Sequence record: NC_048053.1
DNA: 64,000 nucleotides
Strand: one strand, 5' to 3'
Shown here: piece by piece, positions 18,639 through 28,741 of the stretch
How positions within the stretch are numbered: position 1 is the first letter of the stretch
Layout: the number at the start of each line of letters is the position of its first letter
Made by a program: the position numbers and the translations under genes
The notes under the pieces: model-generated
What the model saw: the letters and a program-made list of their open reading frames with translations, nothing else
The model's database searches: none
What the model was told of the DNA's origin: nothing

Positions 18639-19216
18639 TTCAGAATCTCCCCGACAATTTCGGTAGGAGTTGTATTATCGGTACTGAATACTGCATCATA
18701 GCCGCCCGGAAGATTCCGATAACGGTCTTGATACATTTCGAAAGTTTCGGCATCGACCATACGCGCTTCAATATTGTCGCTACCTTCGCGCTTATCGCCA
18801 CGACGAGAAACATAAGTGTCGTATGTGCAAGTAAGCAGGATGCTAACTACTTGAACATCCGGACGCAGAATATTAACAGTGCGATCAAACAGCACTTGCG
18901 TCTTATCGTCTTTGACTTGCAGCGCCCACGTTGAAGGCCAGCCACGATCAGAAATAACTACATCGGCAGAGGACTCCGCAAGATAATCCATCAAAGAAGA
19001 TCGTGCGGCGAGAAACAGAAGCATTTCAGTTGTCGGCGAGCGCACATTATTATCATGCAGCGCGATGTTGCGAAGCTGTTCCGCAAGTGGAGTTGTTCCC
19101 GGCTCTCGAACACGGATAACACTCATATCGCGCAAACGCAGAGACGATTCTAAAATTTCTGCGGTAGTGGATTTTCCCACACCTTCTGTTCCTTCAAGGA
19201 GGATGTATTTTTTCAT
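18623..19216 (-). CDS. tmk: thymidylate (dTMP) kinase
   Basis: P-loop EGTEGVGKST; VREPGTT; LLFLAAR; VISDR; start reassigned to MKKYILL. Confidence 0.93.
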   Translation of the reverse strand: MKKYILLEGTEGVGKSTTAEILESSLRLRDMSVIRVREPGTTPLAEQLRNIALHDNNVRSPTTEMLLFLAARSSLMDYLAESSADVVISDRGWPSTWALQVKDDKTQVLFDRTVNILRPDVQVVSILLTCTYDTYVSRRGDKREGSDNIEARMVDAETFEMYQDRYRNLPGGYDAVFSTDNTTPTEIVGEILKCLSQ

Positions 19217-19220
19217 TTGA

Positions 19221-19709
19221 TTACCTAAACTTGCCTCCACGCCATGCAGCATGGATTAGAAGACGGGAAAGGATTTTGTTTGATGTTTCGTGTGCTGTAG
19301 CATTCTTTTTAACTCGCGCATTACCTAAAGAAGTTACAACAATAACCCCCGCTCCGCTGCCTTTAATGCGAGCAAGAATTTTCTCTCCGTGAGATTCAAA
19401 CAAACGTTCAGAAATAACGAAATAAAACTTGTGGCAGTATTCAAAGTATTTGTGCCATTTCTTATCAGAAGAGAAATCAGCCCAACTACTTTTGACCTCA
19501 GAGATTACTACATGACATTTTGTGTTGAGTGACCAAACATCTGCACGTAGATTGCCGTATTTGTTCAAACCAAATTCAATGTGATTAGAATATCTCTTAT
19601 CGATCCAGTAACCCACAACTGCTTCCGTTAAAAAGGCAGTTGTCTCGCCACGCGACAAACTTGTGAAAACAACTGCGGGTTTCCGGATTTTAATTCTTCT
19701 ACGACGCAC
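19221..19709 (-). CDS. mmcB: MmcB-family PD-(D/E)XK nuclease-like protein
   Basis: RADVWSL...ISEVKSSWADFSSDKKWHKYFEYCHKFYF is the MmcB/DUF1052 signature. Confidence 0.85.
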   Translation of the reverse strand: MRRRRIKIRKPAVVFTSLSRGETTAFLTEAVVGYWIDKRYSNHIEFGLNKYGNLRADVWSLNTKCHVVISEVKSSWADFSSDKKWHKYFEYCHKFYFVISERLFESHGEKILARIKGSGAGVIVVTSLGNARVKKNATAHETSNKILSRLLIHAAWRGGKFR

Positions 19710-20151
19710 CTAATTCCAACTTCTTGATTGCCTGTTTCAGAACAGGTTTCCAATCGCGATCAATCTTTTTAAGCGCATCTTCGGCAGAGAACCAACGACG
19801 TTCGCGTTGATGTACTTCCAGATAGTTATCAAGTTCTTCATGCACCTGCATCAAAAACCATGTTACTTTCTGGAGGCGTCCGGTACTGCCTTTAACGTAT
19901 TCCATTTTAGCAATTTTCTTGCCGGGAACACCGCGCAGACCTGCCTCTTCCATTGCCTCTTTTATCGCGCTCGCTTCCAACGAAAGATCCGGTTCCTTAC
20001 CGCCTTTTGGTAATCCCCAATTGTTCGCGTGCTTTGTGCGAATCATGCAGATTTCCAAATCACCTTCATCGTTGTAGCGATACGGAATAACGCCGCTTTG
20101 TTTGCGAGGCTTGCGCCCGTCGCCTTCATCCAACGTGAGAATAACTTTCAT
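19699..20151 (-). CDS. Nudix hydrolase
   Basis: WGLPKGGKEPDLSLEASAIKEAMEEAG Nudix box; N-terminal SGVIPYR. Confidence 0.92.
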   Translation of the reverse strand: MKVILTLDEGDGRKPRKQSGVIPYRYNDEGDLEICMIRTKHANNWGLPKGGKEPDLSLEASAIKEAMEEAGLRGVPGKKIAKMEYVKGSTGRLQKVTWFLMQVHEELDNYLEVHQRERRWFSAEDALKKIDRDWKPVLKQAIKKLELGAS

Positions 20152-20654
20152 AAATAATCATTCGCTCTCGGTTTCGGTTCATCCCAATTCCACGCACGGT
20201 CTACCCAAAAACCTGCTTTGGAAAGCGCGTCAACTGCACTACGAAGAGTCGAACTTCCGACAACCACATATTCTACAATTGCGTCGCCAACATTATAACC
20301 ATACTTGTAGTTACCCAAGCAATAGGCGAAAGACGATTGTTTTGGATCGAAAAGAACTTCTCCTGACTGACTCACGACGATTGCGCTGCACGGCGCACCT
20401 TCCGGAACAGTAGAAAGAATTTCAATACGAGCGTGAGGATTGCGACGATAACAACGTTGAACGAATTGAGCACAATCAGCAAAGGAACGTGCAATAATTG
20501 CAGCGCGACTATCGTTATATTGATGTGCGTCTTCAATGATATTGCGAGCACCAGTGAGATTAAAACCAGCAGCAGCGATCATAATAGCCAACGAAGACGG
20601 TTCAATCTGCGCGGCAAAAGTGTTTGAACCAAACACTTCCGGAAACGTTTTCAT
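20148..20654 (-). CDS. hypothetical protein
   Basis: start reassigned to MKTFPEV with GGGAG RBS. Confidence 0.75.
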   Translation of the reverse strand: MKTFPEVFGSNTFAAQIEPSSLAIMIAAAGFNLTGARNIIEDAHQYNDSRAAIIARSFADCAQFVQRCYRRNPHARIEILSTVPEGAPCSAIVVSQSGEVLFDPKQSSFAYCLGNYKYGYNVGDAIVEYVVVGSSTLRSAVDALSKAGFWVDRAWNWDEPKPRANDYL

Positions 20655-20680
20655 AAATATCTCCCAATGAATTGTCTTAC

Positions 20681-20965
20681 TCAAATTAGCGAGTTTGGAC
20701 AACTCAGTATTTGCATACGCGACGAGGTACGCAGAATACCGCCAATCTGCACGCCGTATTTTGTGGGATGTTTTTCACGCGTCCAGTTCACATTAACTTT
20801 CGCAAACTGTCTGATTGCACGATTGGCGAATTTTCCACGCAGAATAAGCAAATGGCTTCCATGAGGAAGCCCCAACTTGCGCGTAGAATCGCATACGAGT
20901 TTAAAGATGTTTCTGGCGTGAATCTCAGTAACTTCTTCCTCGCAAAAAATTCTAATCTTTAGCAA
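20681..20965 (-). CDS. hypothetical protein (probable TTG start)
   Basis: fills the gap between neighbours; GGGGA 8 nt before TTG at 20965. Confidence 0.45.
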   Translation of the reverse strand: MLKIRIFCEEEVTEIHARNIFKLVCDSTRKLGLPHGSHLLILRGKFANRAIRQFAKVNVNWTREKHPTKYGVQIGGILRTSSRMQILSCPNSLI

Positions 20966-21578
20966 AGCCGATTTCCCCGGAATGATCGGATAACACGAAC
21001 ATGTTTTCGCAAAGATATTCGTTAGGAACATCGGCGCTCGGAATAGAGTCATCAAAAAGATGAGTGACAATATCCGAACTATTGAAATGCTGAATATCGC
21101 TAACGCGCCCGATCAAAATGGATTTTCCAGCCAGCGCCTGTTTATCTGTGTAAAGCACCGATGAATTAAAGGTGCCAGCACCGATCCAAAGAACAGAGGC
21201 GACGTGTGGAAGATTTTCTTCAAGCGCCAGTGTAGGCACGCTCTCTAAAATTTCCAAATCAACATTCTCAGTTTTGAAAAATTCTTCAAGACTGCAAAGA
21301 ATGCACGAACGATTTTCCGGACGGCGGTGACGCTTCAAACGCACGAAAGGTTTGTTGCATTTCACCGAAAGTTGATCGGTTATATACTGACCGTTTTCGA
21401 TATCAACGTCTTCCGATTCCAAAGCATAGACCGAAGCGAGAACGCTTTGCTGAATACCAGCCCAACGATTGTGCAATTCACGATCATCAGTGCCACGCAA
21501 AGTTACATCGGTGCGCAACACGCGCAGAATTCCGTCAGCGATAAAAGTGACTAAAAGTTTTTTGCGGAGAAAGTACAT
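20952..21578 (-). CDS. hypothetical protein
   Basis: 208-aa ORF with AGGA RBS, co-oriented. Confidence 0.75.
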   Translation of the reverse strand: MYFLRKKLLVTFIADGILRVLRTDVTLRGTDDRELHNRWAGIQQSVLASVYALESEDVDIENGQYITDQLSVKCNKPFVRLKRHRRPENRSCILCSLEEFFKTENVDLEILESVPTLALEENLPHVASVLWIGAGTFNSSVLYTDKQALAGKSILIGRVSDIQHFNSSDIVTHLFDDSIPSADVPNEYLCENMFVLSDHSGEIGFAKD

Positions 21579-21587
21579 AGTGTTTCC

Positions 21588-22376
21588 TTAGTTCAGATCG
21601 ATTCGTGAAGCATTGACTTTATAATTACCGCCAGCCTTATGCGTAACAGTTCCGGTAACGTTCAACTCGTCACTGCCTTTAATGATTGTTTTGCGGTTGC
21701 CTAGAACCTCAACTGTCTGATTACCTTTTATGAGAGTGTACTGATTACCAGCAGAGCCTTTTGCAGCGCCTTTAAATGCTACACGTTTCTTCTGATCAGA
21801 CTGCAATGAGCGAGCAATCAACACCGGATCTTCTGAAATATATTTCGGAATATCCGATTTGGAATCGGTTACAGTTAGTTGTTGGTTTCCGATAATCGTT
21901 TGGTTAACGTCGCCAAAAATAACGAAATGGAAATCGCCGCCATGAATCAGAATACATTCTTTCGTCATGCGATCTACAATCATTTGCGTTGCGCTACTCA
22001 AACGATGAACCATACGATGAGGATAATTCACCAGCGCTTCTGGAAGCATATCGGCCTCAGTGGGTCGAGCCTCCATTGTGTATTCACCAGTGTACATATC
22101 CCCTGTAGGGAACTTTACAGAAATTTTCGAGTTACGTTGCGGTACGTTAAAAGTTCCGAACGCATGAACATCAGATCCGCCTTTCCATCCTTCGACTTGT
22201 CGCATTTTAGGACGCAGCCACGGCAAATCTTTATCTTCGATGCTATCGAAAATTCCTACGATGCGAGCACGAACTTGACCAATTCGTTTTGGATCGTTCG
22301 TGTCCACAACAACCGCTTCATAATCCATGTTTGGGTCAATGCCCTTTTTCTGGACGTGACCGTTTAAATTCATCAT
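21588..22376 (-). CDS. baseplate central spike (T4 gp5-like OB-fold plus beta-helix, no lysozyme domain)
   Basis: YEAVVVDTNDPKRIGQVRARIVGIFD...LPW...VPQRNSKISVKF; C-terminal GNQTVEVLGNRKTIIKG repeats. Confidence 0.9.
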   Translation of the reverse strand: MMNLNGHVQKKGIDPNMDYEAVVVDTNDPKRIGQVRARIVGIFDSIEDKDLPWLRPKMRQVEGWKGGSDVHAFGTFNVPQRNSKISVKFPTGDMYTGEYTMEARPTEADMLPEALVNYPHRMVHRLSSATQMIVDRMTKECILIHGGDFHFVIFGDVNQTIIGNQQLTVTDSKSDIPKYISEDPVLIARSLQSDQKKRVAFKGAAKGSAGNQYTLIKGNQTVEVLGNRKTIIKGSDELNVTGTVTHKAGGNYKVNASRIDLN

Positions 22377-24256
22377 GCGCCAGCCCTCGGCAAGTACATT
22401 GAAAGTTTCTGACCATTTGGAGCGCCGAACTTACTACTACCATCGACGGTGCCATCACCCATACTGCAAAGAAGATTTCTCAAATTCTCTTCGGCCTGAC
22501 GAATCAATTGAGATAGATTTGTACTTGGGCCAAACAGTTTTGAAATCGAACTTGCATCTAAACACTTATCAGGCAATTCGTCTTTCACTGCACGCTGCAA
22601 ATCTTCGAGTTTATTGCTCACACAACTTTGGGAGAATTGTGGCCCACCCATGTAGTAATCTGGAATATCGCCGTTAGCGATAAGACCGTTGATATCAGAA
22701 GTAAATCCATTCAACAATCCTTCCATCTGATCAATACGATTTGCAAGAGCACTCAAAATAGTTGGGCCAAAGTCGATTGCTATATTGATGCTCAACTTCT
22801 CTAAGCTATTCAGCACATCACAAATCCCGGTAAGGAATCGTGCCATATTGAATTCTTGCATGAGAGAATTTAAAAAGTCAGCGCCTTCTCCATACTTCTC
22901 AGCCAGTTCAGGAAAACTAAAAATATCGCTATCCATTTTAAACTGATCCAACATTACGTTAAGACGCAAATCATGGTTTGAGAAAATACGGTCAATGGCA
23001 CTGGTGCCATCCATAGCCTGCTTTAATGCAGAGTTAATCTGGAACGGACGCAAAATATTTGCTACGGTTTGGACAGGAACATTCAAAATGTTTTTACCGC
23101 CGCCGATATTGGTTTCGCCTTTTACTGGCGTAAAGTTTCGCGCAAGTAAAAACGTTTCGGCATAGCTGTTCTGCACAATACTTTTTGTTCTTCCAATAAC
23201 GATCCAGTTACCGGAAGTTTTCACATCCATGTTGCCGTTTCCGTCACGCAGAGGGAAACTTGTTTTTGCTTCAACGCAACTCAACAAAGGAATTCCGGAA
23301 ACGCCACCAACATACAGAGCACGCGCAGTTTCTGTATACGCCATGCTTTGACGCTTCCAGTTATAGTACGCTTGCTGGAAATTTTTATGCAGATTTATAT
23401 CAGCAGTTGGGCGTGCATATGCTTGGCGAGTTCCAACGATGCCTTCACGGATATCGCTGTTAACGTTTAATGGATCTTTTCCTGCAACAGTAACGCCTTT
23501 GAGTTCATTCGTCTTACCGTCAGAACTATTCCACATCAGCGTATCGCCATAGTTACTAATCCCGTTCATTACTCCGGAAGAAGACTTAGGGCGAAATTCT
23601 TTGATAGGCAATTCACTGCCTTGATGATCAACGTTGAAACACAAAACATATTGCGCTTGTTTTATCAGTTCTGCGTTAACGTCACGAACAACCATTCGCT
23701 TATCAGCAGTGATAGCAACTTTGGGAAGTGCTTCTTCGCTGATCCACATATGCTGTTCGATTTCGTGCATAAAGCGTTTTGGACTTTGAGCCGCACTCAA
23801 CCACAACATACTGTCATCGGTTTGAACGTTGCTGTCCAAAGTTAATCCGCAAGTGTCGCAGATTTTCTTTAATGCCTGAACACTCGTACCGCGCAGACTG
23901 AATCCCGCAGTATCATAAATAAATTTATTGGCATTGATTGCAGCCACTACACGCAAAACACGCAGACCTTCTTCATCGTATTCTTTTACTGCAATGGTTG
24001 CGAATGTTGAAGTTTCTGCATTTTCTAAAGTGCTTCCCATCGTGATAGTAAGCTGCGTACCATCTACGATTGCGTGTTTATCACGAAGCACATTGTTGCG
24101 ATCAACAAAAATGATAACCGCACTTGGAATAGAAAAAGTATTTTCCAGAATATGAATTGAGCGAATCAATCCGGGCGAAACTGGCAAACTTTTTCCATCA
24201 ACGAGAAGGGAGACATAACTTTGACCGTGTACGCCGCCGTAAGATTCTCCGACCAT
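22373..24256 (-). CDS. baseplate hub (gp27/VgrG-like)
   Basis: SIHILENTFSIPSAVIIFVD; adjacent to the spike gene. Confidence 0.75.
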   Translation of the reverse strand: MVGESYGGVHGQSYVSLLVDGKSLPVSPGLIRSIHILENTFSIPSAVIIFVDRNNVLRDKHAIVDGTQLTITMGSTLENAETSTFATIAVKEYDEEGLRVLRVVAAINANKFIYDTAGFSLRGTSVQALKKICDTCGLTLDSNVQTDDSMLWLSAAQSPKRFMHEIEQHMWISEEALPKVAITADKRMVVRDVNAELIKQAQYVLCFNVDHQGSELPIKEFRPKSSSGVMNGISNYGDTLMWNSSDGKTNELKGVTVAGKDPLNVNSDIREGIVGTRQAYARPTADINLHKNFQQAYYNWKRQSMAYTETARALYVGGVSGIPLLSCVEAKTSFPLRDGNGNMDVKTSGNWIVIGRTKSIVQNSYAETFLLARNFTPVKGETNIGGGKNILNVPVQTVANILRPFQINSALKQAMDGTSAIDRIFSNHDLRLNVMLDQFKMDSDIFSFPELAEKYGEGADFLNSLMQEFNMARFLTGICDVLNSLEKLSINIAIDFGPTILSALANRIDQMEGLLNGFTSDINGLIANGDIPDYYMGGPQFSQSCVSNKLEDLQRAVKDELPDKCLDASSISKLFGPSTNLSQLIRQAEENLRNLLCSMGDGTVDGSSKFGAPNGQKLSMYLPRAGA

Positions 24257-24259
24257 AAG

Positions 24260-24481
24260 TTACTCCTGAGCAAATGCGCCAGATTTAAAACGAACAGCAA
24301 TGTTTTTCATTCCTAACGCTTCGAGACGACTATTAACGCACAAAGGGCAGAGCGATCCCTGTTCAAGACCGTCTGCCTCTGGCGTCGCTTCTCGAAGTAG
24401 TTGCCACGCGGTTTCAGAAATAACAAATTCAGGATATGAATTCGCATTACACCACGCACAAAAATTCAGAGAAACTTTCAT
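24260..24481 (-). CDS. small CxxC...CxxC protein
   Basis: CAWC and CPLC motifs; GAGGT RBS. Confidence 0.7.
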   Translation of the reverse strand: MKVSLNFCAWCNANSYPEFVISETAWQLLREATPEADGLEQGSLCPLCVNSRLEALGMKNIAVRFKSGAFAQE

Positions 24482-24487
24482 GTAACC

Positions 24488-24874
24488 TCACATTTCGTCG
24501 AGCAAATCCTGTAAGGCACCAATAACAGATTTTAGAACTTTGGGATCAGCAGGAAGATTAAAACCACCTTTGCCAATCTTCATTTCAGGATCTGCTTTGG
24601 TGCAATACATTTTTCGAATGGCAATTACATCCTCACCATTGAATTCAGAAGACTCGATCTTAATAGCGCTGTTTGTACCAGTGCGGATAAAGTCTTCTTT
24701 TTTGGATTTCTTTTTATCCTTCTTAGGCTTCTCAACATTCATTTCTTTCTTGAATTTGTCGAAGCCTTCCCGGATGATGTTTTTCTTCTTTTCCTTTTTC
24801 GGCGTATCGCTGGAAACCTTTTTATCTTTCTTAGGCTTCTTGTCGCGTACAATTTTACCGTTAACGATTGGCAT
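24488..24874 (-). CDS. Lys-rich protein with PC4/YdbC-like ssDNA-binding domain
   Basis: IKIESSEFNGEDVIAIRKMY...KIGKGGFNL fits the PC4 pattern. Confidence 0.7.
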   Translation of the reverse strand: MPIVNGKIVRDKKPKKDKKVSSDTPKKEKKKNIIREGFDKFKKEMNVEKPKKDKKKSKKEDFIRTGTNSAIKIESSEFNGEDVIAIRKMYCTKADPEMKIGKGGFNLPADPKVLKSVIGALQDLLDEM

Positions 24875-25167
24875 TAGATTGTTGTCCTTGAAACTTTCCG
24901 CACTGGTTGTTTCGGACGCTGAATCGGAATACGAATCAACATACCAGCAACCATTTCGCTTGGATGAAAAAGACCGTTGGCGATCAGGATGTGCCGCCAG
25001 TAAGCATTAGTGCCAAACTGTTTATGAGAAACCATTTGCGGGTTTCCTGCTAACGAGGCATCTATCCTGATATTTACAGTATTTGCACTTTCAATTTCAT
25101 CAAACAAAGTGACAAGGAGAGGATCAATTCCAAACTTATCTACGGGTGTTGATTGCCACTGAGCCAT
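24874..25167 (-). CDS. baseplate wedge gp53 / LysM-like protein
   Basis: PQMVSHKQFGTNAYWRHILIANGLFHPSEMVAGMLIRIP; start reassigned to MAQWQ. Confidence 0.8.
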   Translation of the reverse strand: MAQWQSTPVDKFGIDPLLVTLFDEIESANTVNIRIDASLAGNPQMVSHKQFGTNAYWRHILIANGLFHPSEMVAGMLIRIPIQRPKQPVRKVSRTTI

Positions 25168-25943
25168 TTTGCAAGATCCTCGCGAGTGACAGCAAAGTAA
25201 CTTGAAATTTGCAGAACGAAATCGACAGAGATAGGGTTCCCTGTTCCATCTTCCCACACGTTATCAAAGTTAGCGGAAACGGAATCAACCACACACGGAG
25301 ACATTGAGAAAAAGTTACCAATATCCACCGTGAAACTTTCAGAATCATCAGCAGGATTGACAATGTTAGTTCCTGCCGCCTGATTGATACTCTGAATTGC
25401 AGAGTCTGCAAGTTGGTTAATTGGAACTGGCCCAGGTGGAACTAAGATCCCCAATTTTTCAGAAGGCGCACACATACTCAAAAGACCGATAATGTTTTTA
25501 ACCACTTCTTCCCGTGAGTCGTAATACGCATCCAAAAAGATTGGAAGATCAATCGAAAGATAACTTGGGCCAGCCCACTTCTTAGCCGAAAACATTTTAA
25601 CGAAAGATGAAGCGCCGCCCATTGTTGCCGCACGCTGAATGATATCAGCACGGCTAGACAACTGAGCGTTACGTGCAATCTGCGCCTCTGTTTCATTTTT
25701 TCGCATTCCAATGCCTTTCTGCGCAACATCGTTTAAAGTTGTATCTGCATAGGGCATTGTCCAATTCGAAGCGAGTGTAAAACTAAAATCAGGAGGAATA
25801 AATCCAGTGAACGCAATAGAGTTCGATTTATTGTGAATCCTAACTTTATACATCGAATCGACGTTAATAATATCTTCGCGGCCTAGAAGTTCCGTAGGCT
25901 TTATTGCAGAAGCGCCTGTAGACTTCATCAAATAGTTAGACAT
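25140..25943 (-). CDS. baseplate / tube-initiator protein (gp48-like)
   Basis: follows the tape measure gene; FTVDIGNFFSMSPCVVDSVSANFD...PISVDFVLQI tube-fold pattern. Confidence 0.65.
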   Translation of the reverse strand: MSNYLMKSTGASAIKPTELLGREDIINVDSMYKVRIHNKSNSIAFTGFIPPDFSFTLASNWTMPYADTTLNDVAQKGIGMRKNETEAQIARNAQLSSRADIIQRAATMGGASSFVKMFSAKKWAGPSYLSIDLPIFLDAYYDSREEVVKNIIGLLSMCAPSEKLGILVPPGPVPINQLADSAIQSINQAAGTNIVNPADDSESFTVDIGNFFSMSPCVVDSVSANFDNVWEDGTGNPISVDFVLQISSYFAVTREDLAKWLSGNQHP

Positions 25944-28741
25944 TAGACGTATCCCACGTTAATCAGATTCAGCATCGGATCTTCCAGAATAACAGGAATA
26001 TCATCGAGCGACGGAGACGAAGCGCCGCCGGAAGAAGTGCCACTAGATCTAGCGCCACCGCCAGAACCAGTGCCAGAACTACGAGCGCCGCCGGAAGGAG
26101 TTGCACTTGCTGTTTCTGCAACAGGAGTTGATGCAGGCGTAGGCATTTCTTCTAACGATTTAACGCGCTCAACTTCCGGAGAAACTTGTTCCGTTGCTGC
26201 GAGAGATTCACTGCGAACAGAAGTTGATTCAGGATCTTTACTCGCAGTAACTGTTCCGGATTGAACTTGCTGATTGCGAATAATCTCATCGATCTTTTTA
26301 TCATCAGCACGCGTTACTTCTGGATGCGCTTTGATGTATTCAACTTTTCGTTTCAGGAAATCTGCGCGATCATGCAGCTTCGCAAGTTCAGCTTCTTTTT
26401 CCGGAATAGATTTCTGTTCAAACGTCGCATTAGGAGCAGGCGACGCCGCATTCTTACGAGCATCCTCGCGAACTTCTTGCGGAATACCGACAGGAGATTC
26501 AGATCGTGGAGCATCGCCAGTGGCAGTAGGTTTCGCTTCAACTTGTGCAGTCTGACGTTGCAGCGATTCAGGATTAAAAGATCCTTCTTTCGACTCTGCA
26601 TCAGCAGGTTTCACAGGTTCAGCAGAAGCAACCTGTTTTTCCTTATCCTGTTCGTGAACTTTTTTGAGAACATCCAATTCTCTTTGAGTACGCGCAGCAA
26701 CACCTTGCTGAACTTGCACACTACTGCTTCGGAAATCATTTTGCACATTCGCAAGTTTATCTTGCTGGATGGCTTCAATTCTTTCCTCTTCCGTCATGCT
26801 GTTAAAATCTTTTCCTCTGAATGCACGTTGGATTTTATCAGCCGCGTTGCCTCCATACTGCATAGAAGTGGAGTAAACCAATTCTTTGAAAGCACGGCCT
26901 TGTTTATCCATATCAATACCTAAATTCTTTTCGAGCTTTTCCGCAGTTGGTGCGTAATGAGTTCGAACCAGATATTGATACTGCGCATCCTCCATATCTT
27001 TTCCGTGCGTTGCTGCAACCTGACGATAACGTTCATTGAATGCAGCCGTTCCGGGAGTTAGCCCCATGAATTCGCCGGAAAGATTTTTTGCTTCCGGTGA
27101 CGCAAGAAATTGCGACATACTTCCGTTCGCAGAAGCAAGTTGATGTTTACCGTAACTGACGCCGCCATAATCGCCAGCACCGCTACTAACAGTTCCTACA
27201 CCTCGACCGCCACTTTCAAACTGTTCCGATACGCCGCCAATTTTTTCACTACTCAAAACTTTCTGAGCAATGTCATTAGCGCGTTGCGAAGTTTGTCCGG
27301 GGAATCGCGCAGGGCCACCGCCTCCGAATCCGTAATTGAATCCAGCAGCCGCGCCAGTCGGACTTGCGCCGCCCAAAGCAAACGGCATAAAAATAGGAGC
27401 AGCATAACGAGAAGCAACAGGGTTATCTAACAGCGCCGCTTCCTGATCTTCTTTCTCTCTACGTTTGCGATCTTCTTCGATAGCTTCATCAGTTTTATCA
27501 GAAATTTTCTCGCCAACAAAATTGCCGATCTTATCTCCGAGATAGCCGCCAAGTAAACCGCCAAGAGTTGCACCAATCGCAGTACCGAAAACAGGAACAA
27601 TACTGCCAATAGTGCCGCCAGCCCACATACCAATAGCCGTACCGGTTGCAGCGCCACCAGTTGAAGTTATGTTTTTGACTTGAGCTTTTTTCTTTTCTTC
27701 TTCGGAAAGCGTGTCATCATGCGCAATCTGGTATCCGTTATATACACCATCGGCGGCAGTAACAGCAGCACCAACGCCGGGAATACGTTTAGCACCTGCA
27801 AGCAAAAGTGCCGCAGTTGTTCCGGTATCCCACATCGCATCTTGTTTCTCACGCGCCTCTTCTTTTTCAGCAATTTGCTGTTCAGTCAATTGAGGCTTAA
27901 CTGTTTCCGCAGCGCGGGGAACTTCTGTTCCCGTTTGTGCAGGTTTAGGAGTAGCTTCTTGAGGTTCAGCTACAGAAACATTCTGATTTTGCTGTTCAGA
28001 ATTTTCATCGCCATAGTTATCGTGACCGTCTTCCAGATTTTCACTGGTATCAGATTTCAACAAATAACCTGCGCCCAAACCAGTCGCAGCAAGTGCAACT
28101 AAGCCTGCAATTTTTCCTGCGCGACTTCTACCAAAACGACCGATACGCATACGGCGTAAACGACTGCGAGAATTACGCGAGCCTCTGCGCCCATTACGTT
28201 TGCGTCGATTTCCTCTCTCATCAGCACCATTACCATCAGGAAGAAGATCATCAACTCCGAATCCATCATCGTTACCGCCAGCACGAACACCGCGATCAGT
28301 CGAAGGCGGTGAAATAGACGTATCAGATTTCGCTTTATGGTCATCGAGAAATGCGCGTTCTTGCGTCCACTTCAACCAATCAGCTAAAGTTTTCGCAACT
28401 TGTTTTGTTGAAGAAGTAGATTCATCAACAGACTTAATTAAATCGTTTGTGTCTTCACTCTGTTCTGCAAAAACAGTTTCCAGTGCTTTAACAACATCAC
28501 GATTATCAGGTCTTGCCGTTGCTGTAGTTTGTTGAGCACGCATTTCACGATTTGCTTTTCGTGATCCGGTGCCGACATACTCTTCGTAATATTCAAAACC
28601 TTCCGGAAACATTTCAGTAAGGCTTTTCTTTTTACGCTTTCTCTTTGGAGCGCCTTGCGATTGAATGTGAGCATCATCGGCGTGACTCATCATCAACTCA
28701 AGCGCTGATAGCTGTTCCTCAGAGATCATAGATGCGTCCAT
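25943..28741 (-). CDS. tape measure protein with C-terminal VgrG3-type muramidase
   Basis: Gly-zipper hydrophobic segments; GGVSEQFESGGRGVGTVSSGAGDYGGVSYGKHQL lysozyme-like motif. Confidence 0.85.
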   Translation of the reverse strand: MDASMISEEQLSALELMMSHADDAHIQSQGAPKRKRKKKSLTEMFPEGFEYYEEYVGTGSRKANREMRAQQTTATARPDNRDVVKALETVFAEQSEDTNDLIKSVDESTSSTKQVAKTLADWLKWTQERAFLDDHKAKSDTSISPPSTDRGVRAGGNDDGFGVDDLLPDGNGADERGNRRKRNGRRGSRNSRSRLRRMRIGRFGRSRAGKIAGLVALAATGLGAGYLLKSDTSENLEDGHDNYGDENSEQQNQNVSVAEPQEATPKPAQTGTEVPRAAETVKPQLTEQQIAEKEEAREKQDAMWDTGTTAALLLAGAKRIPGVGAAVTAADGVYNGYQIAHDDTLSEEEKKKAQVKNITSTGGAATGTAIGMWAGGTIGSIVPVFGTAIGATLGGLLGGYLGDKIGNFVGEKISDKTDEAIEEDRKRREKEDQEAALLDNPVASRYAAPIFMPFALGGASPTGAAAGFNYGFGGGGPARFPGQTSQRANDIAQKVLSSEKIGGVSEQFESGGRGVGTVSSGAGDYGGVSYGKHQLASANGSMSQFLASPEAKNLSGEFMGLTPGTAAFNERYRQVAATHGKDMEDAQYQYLVRTHYAPTAEKLEKNLGIDMDKQGRAFKELVYSTSMQYGGNAADKIQRAFRGKDFNSMTEEERIEAIQQDKLANVQNDFRSSSVQVQQGVAARTQRELDVLKKVHEQDKEKQVASAEPVKPADAESKEGSFNPESLQRQTAQVEAKPTATGDAPRSESPVGIPQEVREDARKNAASPAPNATFEQKSIPEKEAELAKLHDRADFLKRKVEYIKAHPEVTRADDKKIDEIIRNQQVQSGTVTASKDPESTSVRSESLAATEQVSPEVERVKSLEEMPTPASTPVAETASATPSGGARSSGTGSGGGARSSGTSSGGASSPSLDDIPVILEDPMLNLINVGYV

